A model generated the notes under the pieces. It was not told where the DNA came from, did no database searches, and saw only the letters and a list, made by a program, of their open reading frames with translations. A program made the translations under genes and the position numbers. From positions 9,000,320 to 9,064,319 of the forward strand of contig NC_057756.1 in the NCBI RefSeq assembly GCF_004010195.1: DNA of 64,000 nt, given 5' to 3'. The stretch is from Chiloscyllium plagiosum. Taxonomy: Eukaryota. Positions 11,595 to 25,840 of this stretch are shown piece after piece; position 1 is the stretch's first letter; every line of letters starts with the position of its first letter.

Positions 11595-12357
11595 GCATGG
11601 TGGCCCAGTGGTTAGCACTGCTGCCTCCCAGCGCCAAGGGTCTGGGTTCGATTCTGAATATTGTATGCAATTCTGGTCTCCTTCCTATCTGAAAGGTGTT
11701 GTGAAACTTAAAAGGGTTCAGAAAAGATTTACAAGGATGCTGCCAGGGTTGGAGGATTTGAGCTATAAGGAGAGGCTGAACAGTCTGGGGCTGTTTTCTG
11801 TGGAGCATTGGAGGCTGAGGGGTGACCTTACAGAGGTTTACAAAATTATGAGGGGCATGGATAGAATAAATAGACAAAGTCTTTTCCCTGGGGTTGGGGA
11901 ATCCAGAACTAGAGGGCATAAGTTTAGGGTGAGAGGGGAGAGGTATAAAAGATACCTAGGGGGAAACGTTTTCACACAGAGGGTGGTACGTGTATGGAAT
12001 GAGCTACCATAGGAAGTGGTGGAAGCTGGTACAATTGCAACATTTAAGAGGCATTTAGATGGGTATATGAATAGGAAGGCTTTGGAGGGATATGGGCCGG
12101 GTGCTGGCAGGTGGGACTAGATTGGGTTGGGATATCTGGTCAGCATGGACGGGTTGGACCGGTTGCTCTGGTTTCCTCCCACAGTCTGGATGTGCTAGTT
12201 AGGTGAATTGGCCATGCTAAATTGCCCATAGTGTTCAGGGATGTGTAGGCTAGGTGCATTAGTCAGGGGTAAATATAGGGTAGGGGAATAGGTCTGGGTG
12301 GGTTACTCTTCGAAGGGTCAGTGTGGACTTGTTGGGCCTGCAGGAAATCTAATCTAA
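11595..12357 (+). mobile_element. HE1 SINE interrupted by a CR1 3' fragment (11657-12160)
   Basis: SINE head, then CR1 ORF2 end (EYCMQFWSP...RVQKRFTRMLPGLE), then SINE 3' half. Confidence 0.85.
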
Positions 12358-12564
12358 AATGATGGAAGGTGTCATAACGGTACTGCACAGAACACCTGGT
12401 CACAGATGTTCAGTTTGTGTTTGGCCAGGCCCACTTAGCTTCTGACCTTATTATAGCCTTGGTGCAAAACCACATAATTCCACAGGAGGTGAGAGTGACA
12501 ATCCTTGATGTCAAATTTGACTGTGTTTGGTATCAAGGAACCCGAAGAGAACTGCAGATGCGAG

Positions 12565-13820
12565 AGATAATAGACAATAGGTGCAGGAGTAGGCCATTCT
12601 GCCCTTCGAGCCTGCACCACCATTCAATATAATCATGGCTGATCATCCTTAATCAGTATCCTGTTCCTGCCTTATCTCCATAACCCTTGATTCCACTATC
12701 CTTGAGAGCTCTATCCAAATCTTTCTTAAATGAATCCAGAGACTGGGCCTCCACTGCCCTCTGGGGCAGAGCATTCCACACAGACACCGCTCTCTGGGTG
12801 AAGAAGTTTCTCCTCATCTCTGTCCTAAATGGTCTACCCCGTATTTTTAAACTGTGTCCTCTGGTTCCACACAGACCCTCTGAAGAATAACCCACCCAGA
12901 CCTATTCCCTTACCCTATATTGACCCCTGACTAATGCACCTAACACAATGGGCAATTTAGCATGGCCAATTGACCTAACCTATCGTATGTATGATTGTTG
13001 GAAGGTGCACAAAATAACACTTTACGAGGTGTACACATCACTGAAGTCTGTCAAACCCTGACTAGCCGTAGGTTCCCATGGTAGTAATCTGCCTTCCTGT
13101 TCTTGCCACCAAAGTGGATAACCATACATTTATCCACATTAAACTGCATCTGCCATGCCTCTGCCCACTCACCTAACCTGTCCAGGTCACCCTGTAATCT
13201 CCTAACATCCTGATCACATTTCACCCTGCCACCCAGCTTAGTATCATCAGCAAATTTGCTAATATTATTACTAATACCAACTTCTATATCATTAACATAT
13301 ATTGTAAAAAGCTGCAGTCCCAGTACTGATCCCTGCGGTACCTCACTGGTCACTGTCTACCATTCTGAAATGGAGCCGTTTATCCCTACTCTTTGTTTCC
13401 TGTCAGCCAACCAATTTTCAATCCAAGTTAGTACTTTGCCCCCAATACCATGCACCCTAATTTTGCTCACTAACCTCCTATGTTGGACTTTATCAAAAGC
13501 TTTCTGAAAGTCCAGGTACACTACATCTACATGGATCTCCCTAGTCCATCTTCAGAGTTACATCCTCAAAAGATTCCAGAAGATTAGTCAGGCATGATTT
13601 CCCCTTCATAAATCCATGCTGACTCTGACCTATCCTGTTACTACTATCCAGATGTGTCATAATTTCATCCTTTATAATAGACTCCAGCATCTTTCCCACC
13701 ACTGAGGTCAGACTAACTGGTCTATAATTTCCTGTTTTCTCTCTCCCACCTTTCTTAAAATGTGGTACAATATTAGCCACCCTCCAATCTGCAGGAACTG
13801 ATCCCGAATCTATTGAACTC
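12565..13820 (-). mobile_element. CR1 ORF2 RT and 3' pieces with a SINE remnant at about 12870-12985
   Basis: GNYRPVSLTSVVGKMLE, SEVPQGSVLG, SKFADDTKLGG, TRGHSLKI motifs. Confidence 0.9.
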
Positions 13821-14044
13821 TGATCAAGATCAGATTCGAAAAGTGTGGAACTGGAAAGGCACAGCAGGTCAGGCATCTAACGAGCAGGAGAAGTGATGTT
13901 TCAGGCATAAGTGCTTCATCAGGAACATCAAAGAATCTTAGTAAAATTGGAATCAATGGGGATCAGATGAAAATTCTCCAGTTCCTGGTGAAGGGCTTTT
14001 GCCCGAAACGTCCATTTTCCTGCTCCTCGGATACTGCCTGACCT

Positions 14045-15060
14045 GCTGATTGATTGAAGTCACATCTGGCGTATATGAAGATGATTGTGGTTGTTGGAAG
14101 TCAGCCACCTCAGCTCCAAGGCATCTCTGCAGGAGTTCCTCAGGGCAGTGTCTTCTGTTCAACCATCTTCATCTGCTTCATCAATGACTTTCCCTCAGTC
14201 ATAAGGTCAGAAATGGGAATCTTCAATGATGATTGCACAATTTTGAGCACCATTTGCCCCTTAGATACTCAAGAGACCATGTTCAAATGCAACAACATCT
14301 GGACAATATCCAAGTTTGGACTGACAAGTAGCAGGTAACATTTGCATTAGATAAATGCCAGGCAATGACCATCTCCAATAGGAAACAATCTAAACACTGC
14401 CCCTTGTTCATTCAGTGGTGTTGCCATCACTGAAATCTATCAACATTCTGGGGGCTTGCCACTGACTCAAATGAAATTGCCATGGCTACAAGAGCAGGTC
14501 AGAGGCTAGGGGTACTGTGGTGAGTAATTCACGTCCTGACTCCCCAAAGCCTGTCCATCATCTACAAGGCATAAGTCATGAATGTGATGGTATATTCCCA
14601 TGCCTGAATGGGTGCAGCTCCAACAACATGCAAGAAACTTGACAGCATCCAGGACTGACATCATATCTACAAGCATCCAGTTGCTCAACCACTGACTCTT
14701 GGTAGTAGCCGTGTGTATCATCTCCAAGATGCACTGCAGGAATTCACTAAAGATCATGAGTTAGCACCTTCCAAACCAACAATCGCTTCCATTGAGAAGG
14801 ACAAGGGCAGCAGATACATGGGAAGACCACCCCATGCAAGTTACACTCCGAGCCAATCACCATCCTGACTTGGAAATATATTGCTGTTCCTTCACTGTCA
14901 CTGGGTTAAAATACTGGAATTCCCTCCCTAATGGCATTGTGGGTTGACAGCACATGGACTGCAGCGGTTCAAACTGGCAGCACACCAGTATCTTGTCAAG
15001 GATATCTAGGGACAGGCAATAAATGATGACCAACTCATGATGCCCACATCCCATGAGTAA
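14045..15060 (+). mobile_element. CR1-group LINE RT C-terminal part and 3' UTR
   Basis: PQGS and xDD motifs; 3' end gggacaggcaataaatg...cccacatcccatgagtaaa. Confidence 0.75.
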
Positions 15061-15249
15061 ATATATGTTCTTGTGTGTTCTTCATTACATTGATTTACAT
15101 AGGAGACACAGCATAGAACCAGGCCATTCAGCTAAACTAACCCATGACGTTTATGCTCCACTCAAGCCTGTTCCCTTCTTTCTTCACCTAAATCAATCAT
15201 TATAACCCTGCATTCTTTTCTCCCTTATGTGTTCATTTAACTTCCACTT

Positions 15250-15558
15250 GAGTGGCACGATGGTTCAGTGGTTACCACTGCTGCCTCACAGTGCCAAGGA
15301 CCCAGGTTCAATTCCAACCTTGGCCTACTGTCTGTGTGGAGTTTGTGCATTCTCCACATGCCTGCATGGGTTTCCAAAGATGTACAGGGTAGGTGAATCG
15401 GCTGTGCTAAATTGTCCATAGTGTTCAAGGATGTGTAGATTAGGTGCATTAGTCAGGGGCATATGTAGGGGAATGGATCTGGGTGGGTTATTGTTTGGAG
15501 GGTCAGTGTGGGCTTGTTGGGCTGAAGTGCCTGTTTCCACACTGTAGGGATTCTATAA
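15250..15558 (+). mobile_element. HE1-type SINE nested in an old minus-strand CR1 (about 15095-16000)
   Basis: Similarity to the other SINE copies. Confidence 0.85.
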
Positions 15559-16004
15559 GTTGATACTGTTTACCTCAACCATTCCATTTGGAAGTGAGTC
15601 CCACATTCTGCCCATTCTCTGGATAAAGATTTTCATGAATGTTTGATTGGATTTATTAATTATTGCTTTATATCAATGGTTCTTAGCTTTCTCTTCCTCA
15701 AAGAGCAAACTTTCTCTCTGAATCCATTGTATCATAATAATTGAGAATGCTTAAGACTTTTAATAACTTATCTCTTGGCCTTCTTTCTTCAATCATAACC
15801 CAGCTTTCCCAAAACATAAACTCACACATTTATCATTTTTGTTAATCTCTCAATGCCTTCCCCAGTGTCTCTAGATCCTTTCTATATTACAGCTAGCAGA
15901 ATTGCACGCAGTACTCCAAGTCTGGCCCAATCAAGATTAGATACAGATTTAGTATTACCATTCTACTTTTCAATTCTATCCCTCTGGAAATAAATCTGAA
16001 TTAA

Positions 16005-16748
16005 AGTCAGAGAATCATAGAGATGTACAGCACGGAAACAGACCCTTTGGTCCAACCCGTCCATGCTGACCAGATATCCCAACCCAATCTAATCCCACCT
16101 GCCAGCATCTGGCCCATAACCCTCCAAACCCTTCTTATTCAGATAACCCTCTAGATGTCTTTTAAATAGCCTCCACCACTTCATCTGGCAGCTCATTCCA
16201 CACACATACCATCCTCTGTGCCTCTTTTATATCTTTCCCATCTCACCTTAAACCTATGCCTTCTAGTTCTCGACTCCCCACCCCAGGGGAGACTTTGTCT
16301 ATTTATCCTGTCCATGACTCTATGCCCCTCATGATTGTATAAACCCCTCAGCCTCTGACGTCCAGGGAAAAAAGCCCTAGCCTATTCAACCTCTCCCGAT
16401 AGCTCAAACCCTCCAACCATGGCAATATCCTTGTAAACCTTTTCTGAACGTTTTCAAGTTTCCCAACATCCTTCCAATAGGAAGGAGACCAGAATTGCAC
16501 GCAATATTACAAAAGTGGCCTAACCAATGTCCTGTACAGCCGCAACATGACCTCCCAACTCCTGTACTCAATGCTCTGACCAATAAAGGAAAGCATACCA
16601 AACACCTTCTTCACTATTCTATCTACTTGTGACTCTACTTTCAAGGAACAATGAACCTGCACTCCAAGGTCTCTTTGTTCAGCAACAATCCCCAGGACCT
16701 TACTTTTAAGTGTATAAGTCCTGCTAAGATTTCCTTTCCCAAAATGCA
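16005..16748 (-). mobile_element. CR1 3' fragment
   Basis: HFGKGN...EQRDLGVQVH...LYRTLVRPLL; standard tail. Confidence 0.9.
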
Positions 16749-17656
16749 CATTTATGGTTTACTTTCAGTTTGCTTTGTTAACCTAAGCTGTGGAGCAACT
16801 TTTCTGTGATTGATGTATTTACACTCCAAGATCATTTTGTTTCTTCTTCCTGCGTACATTTGCACCTTCTATGTAATAAGTGACTTCCCTAATCTTCCCA
16901 CCAACTTGCACTACCCCATATTTATTTGTGTTTTACTTCATTTGCCAAATATTTGCCAATCTTGAATGCGTCTGTGAGGTTATCCAGGTTAGCCAGATGC
17001 AAGACATTGTTCAACACCTTGCACAGTCCTCAATAGATTAGAAGGTGGTACCCCTTTCCAATGACAAGATGTACAGGTAAACTTTCTGCTTCAGCATGAT
17101 CATCTCACCTCTGTATGTGTTAGCACAGAATTGTGTTCTGCACCCATTTTCTTTCAGAACACAGAAATCCACTGAAGTTTGTTATTATCTATTTAAGAAA
17201 GAAATTGGTATTCTTGGTCATTGCTGCAATTCTGTCAAAACAACTTGTCCAGCTGACTTCCACCGAAGCCATGAAATAATTTGACCCTTCAAAGATAGAT
17301 TCCAATATTGCTGTTTTGTTTTTGATTTCCAGCATCTGCAATTAAAAACAAAAACAGAAATCGCTAGAAAATGTTTTTGTTTTTGACTGTAAATGCTTGT
17401 TTTTCATTTTTTATTTCCTTATTCTGCACATAGCAAATACAGGCAAGAATGGTGGACATTTCCAAAATGGCTGAGAAATATTGGGTTGAATTGGAAAGTC
17501 ATTGTTCTGCCATTGATCATTGCCCTGCAGAACGCTCTCTTCTGACACTCAACCCTACTGTTATTCTACAATGGCATTTGACCTCTATTTTATCAAGTAG
17601 CTTGGCGTTCTGCTGTCCAGACCGTCCTTTACAATTTCAACATATTTTGAATCAAC

Positions 17657-19225
17657 TTTTTTTTAATTTCAAAAATAAACTTTATTCATAAAATTATTTG
17701 GGTCTCTTTACAATTGGTCATGCCATTTGTGTGCACACATTACATTTCTTTACATACAGACATCGAAATTTACTTTTCCTATATACAAGTTTGTACATTT
17801 ACTATCTAGCTCTTCTGAGGCATCAGCGGAGCCCAAATGACTGGGTAAGCCCCCTGTTCTTCCGAGGCCGGCAGATGTTACACGATGGTCTTTCCCCACC
17901 GCGCCTTGGCGGCAGCTGCCCTGGGTTTCAGCGCATCCCTCAACACATAGTCCTGGATGTTGGAATGTGCCAGTCTGCAACACTCAGTCGGGGCCAACTC
18001 CTTCAGCTGGAAGATCAACAGTTTTCGGACCGCCCAGAGAGCGTCCTTCACTGAGCTGATGATCCTCAAGGCACAGTTGATGTTCGTCCCAGAGAATAGA
18101 CCGTAGAGTACGGAGTCCCGCGTCATGGCGCTGCTCGAGACGAACCTCTACAAACACCACTGCATTCCTCTCCAGACTTCTTCTGCATAGGCACATTCCA
18201 GAAGGAGGTGTGTAACAGTCTCGTCCCCCCCGCAGCTGCTTCGAGGGCAGCGTGCGGTGCGGCTGAGAGTCCGGGCGTGCATAAAGGATCTCACAGGCAG
18301 AGGCCTTCTCACCACCAGCCAAGCCATGTCTTGGTGCTTGTTGGAAAGGTCTGGCGATGAGGCATTCTGCCAAATGGCTTTGACAGTCTGCTCAGCGAAC
18401 CGCTCGACAGGATCCGCCCTCTCCTTTCCCCGAAGGGTCTCAAGGACACTACGTGCTGACCACTTCCTGATGGACTTGTGGTCAAAGGTGTTTTTCTTCA
18501 TAATCTTCTCCACGAAGGACAGGTGATACGGAACGATCCAACTACTCAGAGCGTTCCACGGCAGCGAGGCCAGGCCCATCTTTTATAACACCGGGGACAG
18601 GTAGAACCTCAGTACGTAGTGACACTTGGTGTTTGCGTACCGGGGACCCATGCACAGCTTGATGCAGCCACACACAAAGGTGGCCATCATGGTGAGGGTG
18701 GCGTTGGGTATATTTCTCCCCCGTTGCCCAGATCTTTATACATCGAGACCCTTCGGACCCGTGAGCACGTCTCGTCCTGATCCATCGAGCAGATCCTGGA
18801 CCAGAAGATTATCTTGGAGGCCTCCGAGGCAAAGAGCAGGGCTTGCTGGGCCTTCACCTCCTTGAGGTCCTCTGTGACATCGACCCCCATTGTCTGCAGC
18901 AGGAGCAGGTTCTGCATACTTTCCTGGAGCTGGGACACTTTTCCCCACCTCTCTCTCGCCTCCTGAACACCTTTGGAGGATGAAGAACCTCTTGATGTTC
19001 CCTTTTACTGTTTCCCACCAGTCCGCTGGGGACTCAAAGAGGGGCTTCACAGTTCTCCAAACTGCGTAGTCCCTCTTGAGCTCCTCAATGTTTCCCAGGG
19101 TCAACAGCTTTGTGTTCAGCTTCCACGTTCCCTTACCAGCCCGCTGCTCGTCCTGTAGGTGACAGTCGGCCAGCAGGAGGCAGTGGTCAGGGAAGAACAC
19201 CGGCTTGACATCAGTGGATCTGACC
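17657..19225 (-). mobile_element. Tx1-clade LINE, 5'-truncated, RT core internally deleted
   Basis: PDHCLLL..GKGTWKLN (endonuclease end), GG...P, CPRSSCGGDETVTHLLLEC (C-terminal zinc knuckle); poly-A tail; TSD GAATCAAC at 17649-17656 and 19226-19233. Confidence 0.9.
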
Positions 19226-20074
19226 GAATCAACCTCTTCAGATATTTCATGCTACACCATGGGAGCAGGAGGAACTGAAGCCTCTCATGAGTTCAATAAC
19301 ATATGACCTATTATAATCGGATGTGGTTTCCATTTGCTTCAGTAAGCTTTTGCCTCTGTAGGATGAGAGTCCCAAGTTTTGTTTTCAAAATTATTGGTTG
19401 GTTATGAGTTCCATTTCTCCTTTAGAACTAAGCAGTTCCCTTTTCTCTGAAAGGTGCAAAGATACTAAAGCAGAAATGGACCTCAACCAACCCAATGATT
19501 TTTCAAAACCAACCAAATCAAAACGGGAACAGTGCTGGCCCATAGATATTTCATGCTTGGGAATTCAGCACAGTTCACAATTTCACTTGTACAGTTACAC
19601 ACAGTGTCATTATAGTCCCCAGTTCCCCAAATCCAGCTTAAATAAAACCAATATTCTTGTTGCTGCCTTTGCATGTCCTTACTTTTACAGTAAATGGCAT
19701 CTTTATATATTTTTTAATAAAACCTTCCACTCCTCGGTGCTATACAACCTTTGCAGTTGAACTTGATGAAGGAATCCCTGTCTTGTTGTGAGGATTTTGT
19801 TGGTTTTAAGCTGATGATATATTATGATGGTATAGCCAGCCTTGATTGAGTGTGTTTAGAATTATTTTTCCAATTCTTCGAAATTGATTTTGCCTCACAG
19901 TTGTAGCTTAATTACGCCTTACATAAAGAAGAAATGTATGAAGCAGGTAGAATGAACAGGTTACTCTCTGCCTACATTCAGAACATTATAAACACATCGA
20001 GCCAAAAAGATATACAGCTCAGAAACAGACCTTTCGGTCCAACTCAACCCTTCCTATTCATATATCCATCCAGC

Positions 20075-22810
20075 ACTGATCCTTACAGCACAATGCTGGT
20101 CACAGGCCTGCAGTCTGAAAAGCAACCCTCTACCATCATCCTCTGTCTCCTATCTTTGGGCCAATTTTGTATCCAAATGGCTAGTTCTCCCAGTAGTCCA
20201 TGTGATCTAACTTGTTACCAGTCTACCATGTGGAACCTTGCTGAACGCCTTATGATGTCCATATAGACAACGTCTAGTGCTCTGCCTTCATCAATTCTTT
20301 TCACTTCTTCAAAAAACTCAATCAATATGGGCTGGGTGCTGGCAGGTGGGACTAGATTGGGTTGGGATATCTGGTCGGCATGGACAGGTTAGACCGAAGG
20401 GTCTGTTTCCGTGCTGTACATCTCTATGACTCTATAAGTTAGTGAGATATGATTTCCCACTCACAAAGCCATGTTGACTATCCCTAATTAGTCCAAATAT
20501 ATGTAAATCCTGTCCCTCAGAATTCCCTCCAACAACTTTCCCGCTACTGATGCCTGACTCACCAGTCTATAGTTGCCTGGCTTTTCCTTACCACCTTTAG
20601 AACATAGAACATTACAGCGCAGTACAGGCCCTTCAGCCCTCGTTGTTGCGCCAACCTGTGAAACCAATCTGAAGCCCATCTAACCTTCACTATTCCATTT
20701 TCATCCATATGACTATCCAATGACCCTTTAAATGCCCTTAAAGTTGGCGAGTCTATTACTGTTGCAGGCAGTGCGTTCCACGCCCCTACTACTCTCTGAG
20801 TAAAGAAACTACCTCTGACATCTGTCCTATATCTATTACCCCTCAATACAAAACTATGCCCTCTCATGCTAGCCATCACCATCCAAGGAAAAAGGCTCTC
20901 ACTGTCCAACCTATCTAACTCTATGATTAAATATTTCTTTCTTAAATAATGGCACCACGTTAGCCAACCTCCAGTCTTCTGGCATCTCACCCGTGGCTAT
21001 TGATGATACAAATATCTCAGCAAGGGGCCCAGCAATCACTTCCCTAGCTTCCCGCAAAGTTCTAGGGTACACCTGACCTGGTCTCGGGGATTTATCCAGC
21101 TTTATGTATTTTAAGATGTCCGGCACATCCACCTCTTTTTATGGACACTTTTTAAGAAATTGCTATTTATTTCCCCAAGTTCTCTAGCTTCTATACTTTT
21201 CTTCACAGTAAGCACTGAAGCAAATTATTTGTTTATTCACTTGTTTATGCACCTCCCCATATAGGCCACATTGCTGACGTTCAAGTGGCCCTATTATCTA
21301 CCAAGTCACTCTTTATATGTACTTGTTGAAGCCCTTTGGATTCTCCTCAACCGTACTTGCCAAAGCTATGTCTTGACCTCTTTTTGCTCTCCTGATATCC
21401 CTCTTAAGTATATTCCTACTACCTTTATACTCTTTGAGGAATTCACTTGATCCCTGCTGTCTATACCTGACATATGCTCCTTCTTTTTCATGATCCTGTT
21501 GACTCTTTGCTCCTGCCTGCCTTGACTATTTGAATTGCTCATTTTCCCAACTGCACCAGCCTCAGACTAATCCCTTTTCTCACTATCTCTCTGGGCTCTC
21601 CCCTCACCCCAGCCCACCCCAGTAGTTAAAATCCTCCATCATGGATATAGCAAATCTCCCCACCTATATATTAGTCCCCTTCCAATTCAATTTCAAACCG
21701 TCCCTCTTAGACAGGTCACTTCTACCCTGGAAGAGATTCCAATGATCCAAAAATGTGTACTCTTCTGCCCTGCACCAGCTCCTCAGCCACACATTCATCT
21801 GCTCTACCCTCCTATTCCTACTCAAACCGTCCCTCTTAGACAGGTCACTTCTACCCTGGAAGTGATCCAAAAATGATCCAAAAATGTGTACTCTTCTGCC
21901 CTGCACCAGCTCCTCAGCCACACATTCATCTGCTCTACCCTCCTATTCCTACTCTCGCTAACACGTGGCACTGGGAGTAATCCAGATATTACTATCCTCC
22001 AGAATCTACCTTTTAGCCTCCTGCCTAATTTCCTATATTCTCTCCTCAGAATCTTGTCCTTTTCTCTTCCTATGTCATTGATTCCAGCCTGTACAATGCT
22101 GGTCTCGCTCTCTCCTCTTTGAGAATATTCTGCACCCTGTCCAAAACATCCTTGACCCTGGCACCGGCGAGGCAACACAACTTCAGATATCTCATAGAAA
22201 TGTCTGTCTGTGCCTCTGACTAGAGAGTCCCCTATCACAATCGATCGCTTGGAACCTGGCGTACCCCTTGTTACATTACAGCCTGTCTCGGTACCAGAAA
22301 CTTGGTTGTTTGTGCTACATTCACCTGACAGTCCATCACCCCATACATTTTCCAAAACAGCATACTTGTTTGAGATGGGGATAATCACTGGAGACTGCTG
22401 CACCACCTGCCTACCTCTCTTACCTTTCCTTGAGTTAACCCATCTGTATCTGCGATTTTTCTACCTTCCTGAAATCCCTTAGCTCCTGTAAACTACTCAT
22501 TGCCTCTAACTGCCACTCCAACTGATCCATGTGAACCAATACAATTCACAACCAAACACACTTCCTGCAAACATAACCATTAGGAACATTGAAATTCTCC
22601 CTAATCTCACACATCCAACAGGAAGACTACATTACTAAAGCCATCTTTGCATCTGAACAATATACAGACAGACCCAAAAAATGGCACAGTCTTACTGCTC
22701 TAAAAAACATGGCTCTATCTTTTGTATTTTTCAAAAAAACTTAATCTGGAGACAGATCGCGATAAAATGTAAACAAAAAAAAATAAATTGACTCTATTAT
22801 AGACTTAAAA
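20075..22810 (-). mobile_element. Degenerate long CR1 with ORF1 SGNH/GDSL esterase region, ORF2 pieces and nested CR1 3' ends (20325-20435 +, 20597-20930 -)
   Basis: ISNKYAVL...IVIGDSLVRGTDR...GINDIG...ISGLLPVPR (CR1 ORF1); DKSPRPGQVYPRTLRE and GNYRLVS (ORF2). Confidence 0.85.
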
Positions 22811-23732
22811 ACAAAACTTAGTTGATCCCTAGCTGTGAGTTCCTGATACTGAGGTTTCTCAAAGTTAGGCTGTGAATTTCAATAGTTTTTAACATTTTTC
22901 TTAGACTGAACTTCAATGTTCAGAGATACTTGCAACTAAACAGTGCAGGCAACCAGCTGTGAAAGTTCACTACCTGGGCAGTCAGTTGCGCAGGTTCATT
23001 GCTTTTTACTCCACCTCCACATGGTAGTTACTACTCCAAGAAATCGAGCAAATTAGCTCCAACACTGAAAAATACTTCAAAAAAGGAGCAGCTCTTACAG
23101 TCATAACTTTCTCCCATCCTCTGTCTTGGCATGCCAATCAGGAATGGGCACTGATGCCAGTCTTGTCCCGGACCCAAGAATCAAAATGTGCCGACCTTCA
23201 TCCACTCTCAGGGGTATGATACAACAACCAAAACTCTGGGCTTCTAGCTGTCTTCACCCTCTGTGTCACTGTGGAAACATCCATCAAAAAGAAAGAAAAA
23301 GCAGCATAACAATCAAACAGTAAACACACTGTTAAAGAAACTGGGTCTCAAAAGCCATGGGAAAACACCCCAGTTGTGCCCATGTCATGTGACAAACAGC
23401 ACTGGAGAAATGCAAACAATTGCTGCCCTTGGAATTGAAATCAAATGGAACTATGGACGGTTACATCACTAAAAGAGGCCATGTCACCCATTGTGTCTGT
23501 GCTAGCTCTGTAAGGCTACACCAGCCTCAACCTTTGTAGCTTCTTTCTGACATTCTCATAAATTTAAATGTAATAGTTTGAATGTCACTGTTTAAATTAG
23601 AATCAATTTAAAAGCAGTACTGTGAAGGAACGACGTTTTCGAACCTCCAAAATCCTAAAGCAGAAGCTTCTTGTTAATTCAACATCATTTGATTCCAGCT
23701 TCCTGATTGAACAAAATGATGCTTCCAGAATG

Positions 23733-23913
23733 ATGTGGAGGAGCCAGTGTTGGACTGGGGTGGGCAAAACTAAAAATCGCACAACACCAAGTTACAGTCC
23801 AACAGGTTTATTTGGAGGTACTAGCTTTTGGAGCGAAGGAGCAGCACTCCAAAAGCTAGTGCCTCCAAATAAACCTGTTCAACTATAACCTGGTGTTGTG
23901 AGATTTTTAACTA
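23733..23913. mobile_element. Fold-back Penelope-derived element (family B) with 11-bp TSD
   Basis: Inverted arms; CTTCCAGAATG at 23722-23732 and 23914-23924. Confidence 0.85.
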
Positions 23914-24044
23914 CTTCCAGAATGGCAGACTCGGTTAGTCAAGAGTGAGACTACTGTCTTTAAGTATATGTACAATTGCTCAATATTTACAGGCCCAACT
24001 GGGCAGGCTGGTGGTTATGCCTACATGAGCCCAACCCTGTTCAT

Positions 24045-24250
24045 CTCCTCCCACATCCAACAGGGACAGTATATTACTAAGGCCATCTTTGCACCTGAAC
24101 AATATACAGACAGATCCAGAAAACAGCACAGTCTTACTGCTCTAAAAACATGGCTCTATCTTTTGTATTTTTAAAAGAAGCTTAATCTGGAGACAGATCT
24201 TGATAAAATATAAACAAGAAAATATTAAATCTACTCACTATTATAGACTC
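24045..24250 (+). repeat. Direct copy of 22605-22805
   Basis: cacatccaacagg...cacagtcttactgctctaaaaacatggctctatcttttgtatttt...tattatagact occurs at both places. Confidence 0.85.
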
Positions 24251-25126
24251 CCATCACCATATTCTTCTAGTCCATTCTCCCTCATGTACTTATCACATTT
24301 AAATGTATTATATTATTCACCACAATCACTCCCTATGACAGCAAGTTCTACATTCTCCTTGCTCTCTAGGCAAAGAGTTACTCTTGAATTTCTGATTGGA
24401 ATTATTGGTGACAGTTTAATATTGATGGTCCTTAACTCTGTTCTCACCCATAATTACAGCAGTGACTTCACTTCAGAAATTATTTAACTGGTTGAAAAGA
24501 GCCTTGGAATTACTTCTGGTTGCGAATATAGCAATGTTAAAGCAGAGAAGAGTGACACATTTGCTTTTAGGAAGAAGTATGAGGAAAGGCAAAATAAATT
24601 ATAGGTATAATTTTAGAGACAGTGTGGAAATGGAGTGACTGGGCATGAGTGCCTGTCAATCTTTGAAGGTTGCTTATTAGGTTATTGAGTATTGTGTTCA
24701 AATCTCCCATTTCAGGAAGAATGTCAAAGTCTTGTGGTGAGCTTAAGAAGAGACTTACTTGAATGAGGGGCTTAATTTACTGTGGAAAGATTGGAGAAGC
24801 TGAATATATCCTCCTTAGAGGAGATACGTTAACAGGCTGGATCTATCCTCCTTAGAGGAGATAAGTTAAGAGGGAGATTTAATAGAAGCAGAAATAAGGA
24901 GGAACTATTTTCCGGGGCAGGAAGGTTAATCAACGGAGAGGCGCAGATTGAAGAGAATTGTTAAAAGAACAAATCAGAATTTTCTTTCATGCTGTAAGTT
25001 GTTATGATCTGGAACATGTTGCTTACAGCACATGTAATGGGTTTTCAAAAGGGAATTGAATAAATATTTGAAGTTGAAAAAATTGCAGTGTTATGAAGAA
25101 TGGGATCGATGGTTATATATTTCAAA

Positions 25127-25305
25127 GAGGATGAAATGAGGACAGCAGATGCTGGAGATCAGAGTCGAGAGTGTGATGCTGGAAAAACACAGCAGGTCAG
25201 ACAGCAACAGAGGAGCAGGAGAATCAACATTTCAGGCAAAAGCCCTTCTCCTGCTCCTCAGATGCTGACTGACCTGCTGTGCTTTTCCAGCACCCCATTC
25301 TCGAC
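25127..25305. mobile_element. Fold-back family A element with 12-bp TSD, inside an old plus-strand CR1 (about 24540-25370)
   Basis: ATATATTTCAAA at 25115-25126 and 25306-25317. Confidence 0.8.
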
Positions 25306-25639
25306 ATATATTTCAAAAAGTTGAGACAGACATGTTGGCTGAGTGGCCTCCTCCTGTACAGTATTATTCTAAATCTTTCTTAAAGATAGAAATAATCAGG
25401 CTGTGACAAACATGAGTATTATTAAGATGTAAATATTCTGCTAACGGCAAGTCCCAGCATGTTGCTGCCTCAGTTTTAGATATCTGAATCAACCTGTTAG
25501 GGATGTTATTACACACCTTTGGTGTAGGTGGGTCAGCTCTCCTGGCTCAGAAGGAGGGATGTTATTACTACACCACAATAGGTCCTGAAGCAACTGCTGA
25601 ATCATTGCTGAAACTAAGGATTAAACCTTTTGAATCTTC

Positions 25640-25840
25640 AGAGTCAAGATTAGAGTGGTGCTGGAAAAGCACAGCAGGTCAAGGAGCAGGAAAATCGATG
25701 TTTCAGGTCCTGATGAAGGGCTTTTGCCCGAACCGTCGATTTTCCTGCTCCTCAGAGGCTGCCTGACCTGCTGTGCTTTTCCAGCACCACTCTAATCTTG
25801 ACTCTGATCTCCAGCATCTGTAGTCCTCACTTACACCTTC
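25640..25840. mobile_element. Fold-back family A element with mutated hammerhead core
   Basis: CTGATGAAGGGCTTTTGCCCGAACCGTC at 25710-25737 between inverted arms. Confidence 0.8.
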
